64,000 nt of DNA, taken from assembly GCF_009914755.1 (NCBI RefSeq), contig NC_060928.1. One strand, written 5' to 3'. The stretch's first letter is position 1. Each line of letters begins with the position of its first letter. The position numbers and the translations under genes are program-made. Shown in pieces: positions 54,531 to 64,000 of this stretch. The stretch is from the human T2T-CHM13v2.0 reference genome, Homo sapiens. The notes beneath the pieces are model-generated. The model ran no database searches and was not told where the DNA came from. It was given only the letters and a program-made list of their open reading frames with translations.

Positions 54531-57500
54531 CCAAATCGTGGAAGGAGAGAGCTGGAAATGTCATCAGTTGATTCAGGGGTTGTTGCCTTAAGCATACCTA
54601 TTCAAACAACCTCTCTAAAATACTTTCCTTTTCTATTCTGTAGTCATCATTGTTTCCATGCCCCAGTATTCCTCAACCTCTACTTTGTATTGTTACTTTC
54701 CTCCACCAAAATTCAAATCTTTGTTATTTATTACAATTTCACATTTTTCAATATGCAAATGTTAAAGTAATTTTAACAATTTTAAAATATTAACAATAAC
54801 CATAACGACAACAAAAAGTTTCCCCAGGATCAATGTTGTTAAAATATAGCTTTAAATGCTATGTCCTTTCCTCAAGAATTTGAGTATGTCTTAGAATAGT
54901 AAGCCTTGAGCTTTAAGGAGATGAATACATTAGTTGGCCATATAAACATCAACTCATCAGCAAATGTGGCTTTCTAACAAATAAATACATAAAAGACCTA
55001 TTGCTTTTATTGAATTCAGTCTCTTTTGGAGACCATTAACCTTGTAAATATTAATTATATTCCATCCTTCATTTAACCATCAAGAAGTTCAGAACCAAAT
55101 GTGAGGTATGCTTTTTACAACTGTGCAAAATCTTTTAGGGTATACATTTTGTATAATAATCCTCTTATTGTTTTATTTTATATCTTTTTAATATTTTTGT
55201 GTGTGATTCAAATAAAAATAATTTTCTACTCTCCATTCATTCTTTTAAAAATACAGTTTATTTCACATTTAATTGAGTGACATTTTTCAAGGTTGGGATG
55301 AATAAATTAAAAAACTGAAAAAATGAGGCAACTTCTATTCAAATTGATTTTTCCAGTAATGTTTTGGGACTATGTTTTAATAATTAAAAATGAAAATCTA
55401 AAAGAAAGATGCATACAAACACAAATATCAGTGAATAAAGGTACAAGCAGTTATGTAATTCATTTAGAATGAAGTTGTCAAGTGTTAAAAATTATTGGTA
55501 TTATACAGCCTCTACTAGTATATATGCAAACGTGTAACTTTCCTCATATGAGCTGGAAAAAAAAGTTGTATATGTAAAAATTCAGTTTTCCTTCCTGGGT
55601 ATTATATTTTATCATCAAAATTTTGTATTGTGGCACATATATCTGCCACTATTATGGCAAACACATAAGCAAATATACCCTTCTCTTGAATTTCAATTGT
55701 AACTTAAAGTATTTAAGTTACATTTAGGTGATGTAGTTATATTAGGTGATTAAGTTATATTTAGGTGATGAGATAGCTCTTTAGCACTTGGGGAAAAAAA
55801 TTAAGAAAACTAAGACTAAGTTGGACAGTTATCATGATTTAAAAGCAGATGAATAGTAAAACTCAGAGTTTAGTGGCAATTTTGGAAAAATCACAACACG
55901 AAATAATGCAATCAGTACATAGCCATCTTTCATTTGTTAAAATGTTTCTTTAAGCTTATTTGTGTGCTCTCACAAAAAATGAAGTGACCAGTAACTTTAA
56001 CATGATTTTAAAATCGTTTTAATGTTTAATAATAAAGCATTAAATATGTTTTTGTTGTTCTGATAGCAGTTTCTTTCATTGTAACTCTATGCTGTAAAGC
56101 TATAGGAAGAAGTGGTTTTCTTGGGATTTTTTTAAACTTGCCAGATGTTATAATGAAAGGCTTTGCAACTGAGCAGCATAGAAAGTAGAGGTAATACTTG
56201 ATAGTTAATTAGACTTTTGACAGTCAATTTTGTGGTACTAAAAGTGATTAAATACAGTGAGTCTTTGGATTGACTTTATTAGTTTCAAACCTTAATATTA
56301 CTTCAGTTGTATAAAATCCATGTACTCTAACTCTGATCTCCCCATTGCAAATATGAAATGTGAAAGGCTACCTATTAGCAGATTTTGATGCATTGCAGGA
56401 TTAATTTATTTTGTAATAAATAAATACCAAAATACCATAATATTTATTTCAATGATATCTTAATACATGTTTATTAAAAGCAAAAGCTACTACATTGACA
56501 AATCAAAGCTAATGAAAAATCTAAATGCTATTACAAGGCAGAAATTTATTCTACTATTGTTCTACTCTAGACAAAGGATTGAGGAAGATTTTAAAATACC
56601 GTTCTCTTTGGTTCGCTACCATTTGTTTTCTTTGTCAATATATAATATTGTCTTCTAAATTTCTTAATAAAATAAATGCTAATAGGATTTCTTTTATAAA
56701 ATAGATGCCTTTCAGAATATTGATCACCATATATGTTAAATACAGTGAATATTAGTATAAATAATATTATTTATAAAACTATTGTATTATAAAATATTAT
56801 CATAAAATATTTTTACCGGTTTCCATTTTGTAATCTATTACATGATATATAATAAAGATGAAGATACTGAATTCTCACCCTAAGGATTTATATTTGGGAT
56901 TGTCTTTCCGGTGTTAGAACTGAATATATCTATGATTTAGTTAACACAAAAAAGCTGTCTCAAATAGAATCATAAAAGAAAGCCCCTACTAATATGGCGA
57001 TTTTGGCTTTGGCTTGATAAAGTAATGTTTATCGGTAGTTCCTTGATGATATCCCCTAACCATCCTAAACCTAATGTTTTAATTTGTAAATTGGAAAAAC
57101 TGGGCTATTAATTCTAAAATGTAAAATAAAATATCCTATAATTGTGTGATTTAACTAGCCTGGGAGGTAGTGCATAAACACATAAGAAATATATTTAAGA
57201 ATTCACATTGAGTTGAAAAGATGTGTATGTAACTTTGAATGAATGTGTGTTAGGTGCCTAGAGTATTTACAGGCACATAGAAAGCATTATATTTGGCCAT
57301 TATCATTTGTCTTTTGGTTGATTAGCTATGAAACCCCTATAAAATCTCTTGTAACGTGCCCTGCACTTCTACTGAGCTCCTCCTGGAGGATCTCTGGCCC
57401 ACTTTGAGTAACAATCTGCCTTTCTCAGCCCTCTAGTAGGACACAGAATTTCCTCCATGCAATAAAATCCTTTTGACTCTAAACTCACCACTTCCCTAAA

Positions 57501-57611
57501 TAAATTCTACTTTTTCTTGAGTGGGTTTTTTTTTTTTGTCTATTTTAAGGTAAACATAATAATTTTCACATAAACTCTTTTTAAAGAATAATGAAACTAA
57601 GCCTTAAAACA

Positions 57612-57915
57612 CACCAGGCAAGATGGCTCATGCTTGCAATCCCAGTATTTTGGGAGGAAGAGGCAGGAGGATTGCTTGAGGCCTGGAGCTCAAGACTAGC
57701 CTGGGCAACAAGGTGAGACTCCGTGACATCAAAAAATAAAATAAAATAAAAATTTAGCCGAGCATGGTGACATACACCTGTAGTCTCAGCTACTCACAAA
57801 GTTAAGGCAGAAGGATTACTTAAGTTCAGGAGTTCGAGGGTGCAGTGAGCTATGATAATGCCACTATGCTCCAGCTTGGGTGACAGAGAGATATCCTGTT
57901 TTTAATTTTTTTTAA
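57612..57915 (+). mobile_element. Alu SINE (AluJo-like)
   Basis: Both arms have 'ggaggattgcttgag'-type sequence and 'gtgagctatgat'; degenerate tail. Confidence 0.92.
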
Positions 57916-58116
57916 AGACTGAAACAAAGGTTTTAAGTACAGATATGTTTTCTCTGAAAGCTGTGTCAAACATTGCTATCAAAATAGCTAACACACACAT
58001 GCATACACACACTCACACACACACACACACCCCTACACAAATGGTCAGGGTGGGGCTGGGCTGGCCGTTAGGATGGAGATGGTGAGAGAAATGTTCTTAA
58101 ATCGGGTATCCGCATT
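57891..58116 (+). repeat. Inverted duplication, copy A
   Basis: Aligns base by base to the reverse complement of 60880-61100. Confidence 0.97.
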
Positions 58117-59765
58117 CACAAAAATGTCTCAAACTACCCTTAAAATTACTGCATTTTATTTTAGTAAATTATACCTCAATGGAAAAGAAAATTACTCTTT
58201 TTTCTAAAATATTATTATTTTAAAAATATTTTTGTAATATAAGAATATTAAAAGCCTTTTAAATCAACTATTTCAGGACAACAAAACCATGCAATCAGAA
58301 ATAAACATCAAAAATTCCACTATTAAAATTTAGATAGTATAATTCAGTTCTACCCCATTCACAGAGGGTGCTCCTCTAGAAGGTAAATACTGCTCCCTAT
58401 AGATAGATAAAACTAATTTTAAAAAACCAAGTTATGACATGAAAGAAGACACAGAACTACATCTCATTTTCCCAAAACTTCATTCAAATACTGTTGGCAA
58501 TGTTTATAAAAGACTTGGGTTTCACTACTGGAATCTAAATACTCTAAAAATGAAAAGAGGCTTTATATATGCCCAGACTTTTAAAACTGAGACTATTTTG
58601 TAAAACCAATAATAATACTGGCTAAAGTTACAACTTAATAGAATTTAAACCTAAGAATTATCTTTAATTTTGCATAGAAATTTTTAGAACCTAGTTTACA
58701 AATTAAAGCTTTGTAAATGTTTTTCAAATAATTTCTTCTTTCAGAAGATTGATGTTGCTTAAATAGAGCTGCAATTGCAAGAATAATAAACTATTTTAGC
58801 TAAGCAAGGTTAACAATCAACCTGGCAGGTAAATGAGCCTTATGGATCTTTCTTAGTCTTCAGTTTGTCATTTCCAATTAATATCGCTGCTTACAAAAAA
58901 CAATCCGTTGGAAAGTAATGATCTGACTGTTGTTAAACGAAACTTTCATTGACTGCCATCTACTTAGGCGTGATTAGATTAAAACCCAGAAATTATCCAA
59001 GTAATTGCATCAAATGATAGAGTGGTTTCTGACACTCATAGCCCTTTCGGTAACCTTATTTTGTTAGACATGCTAATCTGTAGTTCATCCTGGTGCAAAT
59101 GAAAATTCCTAATTGTTATTTACTAAAGAACTGCATCTTTAACATTGATCTATCAGATTAATAGTTTGCCATATCTGGTGAGCTAATATGCCAAAGTGCC
59201 TAATTTAAAAATCTAAAGACACTGGGAATTTTTTGTTAAAAAAAGTATTTATCCAAATATTCAAAATGTTCAAAAAGTATTTATAGTCACTTTCTTCGGG
59301 TTGTAAATTGACGATCCAATTAGGCCTGACTGAATAGTTATAGCAGAATCCAATTTTTGAAACTGACAGGAAAGCCTGTGGAATTATAATATGTGGCTTG
59401 ATGATATGAAAAATAATGCAAGCAACACAAATGGCTAAGCAGTTAAGTCTGTAAGTAGTTTTTGATATTAAATATTAGAAATTTATTTTTCTGATTAAGC
59501 TATTGGAGAATAAAAAGAACATATTTTTTAAAAAACAGAACAACAATGAATCTGAAACATGAGATTCCAAAGTATTTCAGGGTTGATCAATAGTAAAAAA
59601 GGTTAAAGAGGATAAAATGCTGCTATATATTTTTGTTCAACTTTAAAACTTAGATAAAATGTTTGGAAAATTGTAAATTTCCGTTGCACAATTAACTTTT
59701 AGAATGTAAAATCTTCACTATATTGCGTATAATTTCCCCATGAAGAAAGCTGGATATGTCACTGA

Positions 59766-60087
<322 letters not shown>

Positions 60088-60879
60088 TTGCAAGTTAATT
60101 ACTTTGAGATGCAAAGCTTTGGAAGTGTTTCCCAGATTTCTAACTACACCATTGCTGTCCCTACGTAAGCTATCAACAATGAGTCTGAAAGACCAAGATC
60201 ATAGGATTATTCTATGGAATGGAATGGATCTCTATTAGGCTAGGGTGTAGTAAAGACAAGATTTGAAACATGCAAAGAATATAAGAGCCTTCCCATATTT
60301 TCTATCTTGGAATAAATGAGGGGAAAAATGGAGAAATAACAAGGGCAGATAGCAAAGTAATTGAACCTGGGTTCCCATTTCCCTTTCCTTGGGCTTCAGC
60401 TCAACTTTTGGGCAATGCTCGGAAGAGTGAGAGTAAAACTCCAAACAGTGGGGCAGGGGATCATCTGCACCCCTGTGTTACTGTTACCATTTGTACAGTA
60501 ACACAGAGGCCATCACACAAAACCGTCCTGGGACAGTCTCAGACATGAACATATCTTAATAACCTTGGGAGGAGAGCTGCTCAGTCAAAAGGAAATCTTT
60601 GTTTGCACTTTTAAGGCCACCTCAGTTCCTACCCAGCATAGTCACTAACTTGAGAGCCACTAGGGCTTGGCATGAGACCCATTCTCCAGACTGAAGTGAT
60701 ATTGTCTCCAGAGTGGAGTAGAGCCACTGGATAGATAGAGGCCATGATAGATAATTTGCAGTCTGTACTCAGCAGGGCTAAGTCTCCCCTTCACCAGCCA
60801 TGCCCACCTTACACCCAGACTGACACTATCTTGGAAAGAGGAAAAGTGAATGAGGAGACAGTTAAGAGACTTAACATCC

Positions 60880-61100
60880 AATGCAGATACCTGAGTTAAG
60901 AACATTTCTCTCACCATCTCCATCCTCACTGCCAGCCCAGCCCCATCCTGACCGTTTGTATATGAATGTATGTGTGTGTGTGTGAGTGTGTGTATGCATG
61001 TGTGTGTTAGCTATTTTGATAGCAATGTTTGACACAGCTTTCAACACATCTGTACTTAAAACCTTTGTTTCAGTCTTTAAAAAAATTAAAAACAGGATAT
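60880..61100 (-). repeat. Inverted duplication, copy B
   Basis: Reverse complement of 57891-58116. Confidence 0.97.
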
Positions 61101-62949
61101 TGATTAAAACCCAATATTGGGTGATATTGATTAAAAACACCCAATATTGATTAGATTGAATTATTTTATTCAATTGTTATCTAATTGTTAAATTAGAGTA
61201 AGTAACAAGTCGTATTGTACATTTTTTTCTTTCTCACGAAGGGACTTATTAAGAGATTTTTCTCTTTTAGGGACTTGGGAAGAAACCAAATACTATAGAC
61301 TAAGTAAAAATATTATATTTTTTCACACATTCAAGTTAAGTTTTTTATGCTGATATATAGTTATAACTTGTATAATAAATGATCTTGATTAATAGAGTAC
61401 AAGTATTAATAAAAAACAATCTAATTCTTAGAAAGTGTTTGCAGTGTTCAATTTGCTCCTGATGAGTTTTGCTTTTTACACCTACTATTTCTCCTTGCAC
61501 CTAATATTTCCTTTTCTCACATAAAATCTCAGGCAGTATTTTTAGTCACCTTTATATAATGAAGTGTCCAGCCTGGTTTAATCATTACATACTTTAGAAT
61601 GTCTCCATATTCCATTCACTCTCCACCTGGGGTCCTACTTTAGTTTTGGAATTCTGGAGTGGGATGAGGAAAATTCTTGTCTTCTTCCCATACCCTCCAC
61701 TCACTAAATATGGTTTGTGATTCTATAGCCATTCGCCCAGAATAAAAGAACAGTGGAAAAGAAAACAGGTCCTGCTGGCATCTGTGCACTCGATGACCAA
61801 TGCTCAATTGTTGGTTCTTCCTCTTCCGGCATGCTACTTTTGTTTCTTTGGAGATTCTCCTTCAGAGGATATCTGACTGTGTCTTCTGGATAGGTCATTT
61901 TTCCCCTCTGGCTAGTCAATTTTTACTACCTAGCAGCCTTTGAGAATCCAATATCTTATTATCTATCCTTCAGTTGGAATGCCACCTGTCCTCCAGGTGG
62001 TCTGTTTGGTCCATTTGGAATGGCTTCATGTTGGCTTCTATCAGCAGAGTATGCAGCAAATGGAAGCACTAACTCTATCTTTGAAGGAAGATACTTTCTT
62101 TCTCAGTGAAGCCACCTCAATTTTGCCCTGCTACAAACAGAAGTAGCAATTTCCATTGATATTTATCATTAAAATATCCAGGCCAGAATCACCACTAGTT
62201 CTCAAGTCCCTCAAGATCAATGGGACACAAGTCTCTCCAAGTGAGCACAATGAAGCCATTTGAAACGATAAAAAATCAGCTGTTTCCCTTTCCCAAGAGG
62301 CAGTGGATGCACCCGACACACCACCAACTCATTATAAGTGAATATCAACCCTCCCTCTGATCAGTCTTCAATTTCTCTTGTAAAACTCAGAGCTGAGGTT
62401 CACAAAACGAGTTTCACAATCTCTTTGCACTATCCAACTAAGTGGTCTTGCATTTTGAGTTAAGCTTTCAAATCTCTGGGTCTTTGGCACCCATTTTATT
62501 GTTTGTGGCCTTTGAGGCTTCTAAATCACAGAAGAATGTAACCTATTCTGTCCTATAATTCAAAATAAAAGGCTAAATTTTTCTGATAAGCTTTAGGGTT
62601 GTGGTAAAATGATGCAAATTTATCATTTCTGTATTTTTCCACTTACGTATGATATATAAATATATACAGTTAGATATACGTGATATACATAGAGTTATAA
62701 CCATATATAATTTATAGAGAATGTTAAATATACAAAATTATATATAGTATACAATATATACATATATTTCATATTTTACATGTTACTTGTTTTGTAAATA
62801 CTACAAAGTATGCAGTTTTCTATTTTAAATTATTTGCATTTAGTTTTTTATCCCGAATTCTTAAATATAAAAGTAGTAAGCAATAAATCATGTATTCTTC
62901 AATTTTGTACCTGTACACATTAAAGGTATTTATTTACCAAAAATTAAAA

Positions 62950-63620
62950 TGTGTGTTAGGGACTACTGAGCATTCTCCAAATATCACTTTTTCTTCTCCT
63001 GAACATTTCATTTTCCGACCTTCTTTTCTAAAGAATTATAACCGTGTGACTGAATTCTAATTGATAGAACATAAATAAAAGCAATGTGTACCAATTTTAG
63101 ACTCATCCCATAATTATCTCTCCTTCACCATCCTCTGTGATATATTTCCACTTCAGCTGAGATGGTGCTCTCCAAGGCACTGGAAGGTCAGGTACTGAAG
63201 AGGGAAAAGCTGCATTGGCATGGGTTGCTATGAGTGACTGGAGCACAAGCCCCCCTGAACTTGGAAATACTATTGGATGTTACAGAAGTGAAACTTTAAT
63301 TGAAATGAGATAACTTTGGGACCTTTTGTTACTGTAGCCTAACCAATCTCATGGAGGCAGATATTGCTATCTTGCAGTGGAGTGCCTACATAAAAGAAAT
63401 CTAAAATGTGTGCATTGTCTTACTGGTCAGGTAGGAGGTAGTATGAAAATAGATACAGCAGTTTGGAAATATGGAAACCCATGCATTCAGTAATAAAACA
63501 TTTTGTAAAATAGCCATATAACTTTTAAGGCAGATGAAGTGCCTATTTGGCCTCTAGGGGAAATTTCTAGAATAGCATTTGCAGTTTCCAAAGAGGGTAA
63601 CATGTCTTCAAAGTTTCTCT
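62950..63620 (+). mobile_element. Old MLT1 (I/J-like) LTR (~62950-63350) plus adjoining MLT1-int start
   Basis: 'tgtgactgaattct..', 'ttttgttactgtagcctaaccaat', then int-like 'ctaaaatgtgtgcattg..ttggaaatatggaaaccca'. Confidence 0.6.
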
Positions 63621-63622
63621 AT

Positions 63623-63995
63623 TGCTTATAGATTGAATGCATGCCCTTAAAAATTCATGTTGAAACTTAATCTGCATTTTGGCATATTAAAAGATGGAGT
63701 CTTTGGAGCAGTTATTAAGTCATGGGGGTGCTGCCCTCATGAATGAACTAAGGCTCTTATGTAAAGGGCTTTTGGGTGTGAGTTCACTCTCACTCTTCTG
63801 CCATGTGAGAACAGTGTTCATACGTCCCTTGTGTTCTTCCACCTTCTGCCATATGGGGGCAGAGCAAGAGGACCCTTACCAGATGCCAGTGCCTTGATCT
63901 TGTATTTCCCAGCCTCTAGATCTGTGAGAAATATGTATGTGTTCTTTATAAATTGCCAAGCCTGTGGTATTTTGTTTTAGCAACACAAAGACACA
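63623..63995 (+). mobile_element. MLT1A/MSTC-like MaLR LTR
   Basis: 'aaattcatgttgaaacttaatc...gccctcatgaatg...ccagatgccagtgccttgatcttg..ttcccagcctctaga..tgtgagaaata'. Confidence 0.82.
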
Positions 63996-64000
63996 TGAAA

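Noticed and set aside
61704-62319. Possible processed pseudogene on the minus strand
   Set aside because: No poly(A)/TSD, and I could not recognise a parent protein in the short frames

Overview
AT-rich, CpG-depleted primate (most likely human) DNA from an intergenic or deep intronic region. I find no supportable protein-coding gene, tRNA, rRNA or CRISPR array; the ORFs in the track are chance ORFs or read-throughs of Alu, MaLR, MER52 and L1 sequence. The window is dominated by interspersed repeats: about 11 Alu/FLAM copies, L1 3' fragments from L1PA to L1M age, L2/MIR relics, a full-length MSTA-type ERVL-MaLR provirus with a 5-bp TSD, several solo LTRs (THE1D, MSTD, MLT1, MER52A) and DNA transposons (Charlie1, MER2, Tigger4/MER46-like). 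The most notable structure is a ~225-bp inverted duplication of non-family sequence (57891-58116 / 60880-61100). It has a templated, palindromic junction scar and brackets a 2.76-kb segment containing an enhancer-like block, making it a candidate invertible regulatory cassette. Other points are a twin-primed L1MA, a fold-back insertion in an MSTA LTR, an orphan TCTCGCGAGA (BANP) motif, a CTCF core in MER52A, an unnamed TIR-bounded element and several CNE-like blocks. Subfamily names come from recalled consensus sequences, and boundaries of old repeats are approximate. No genuinely new biological system can be demonstrated from the sequence alone.
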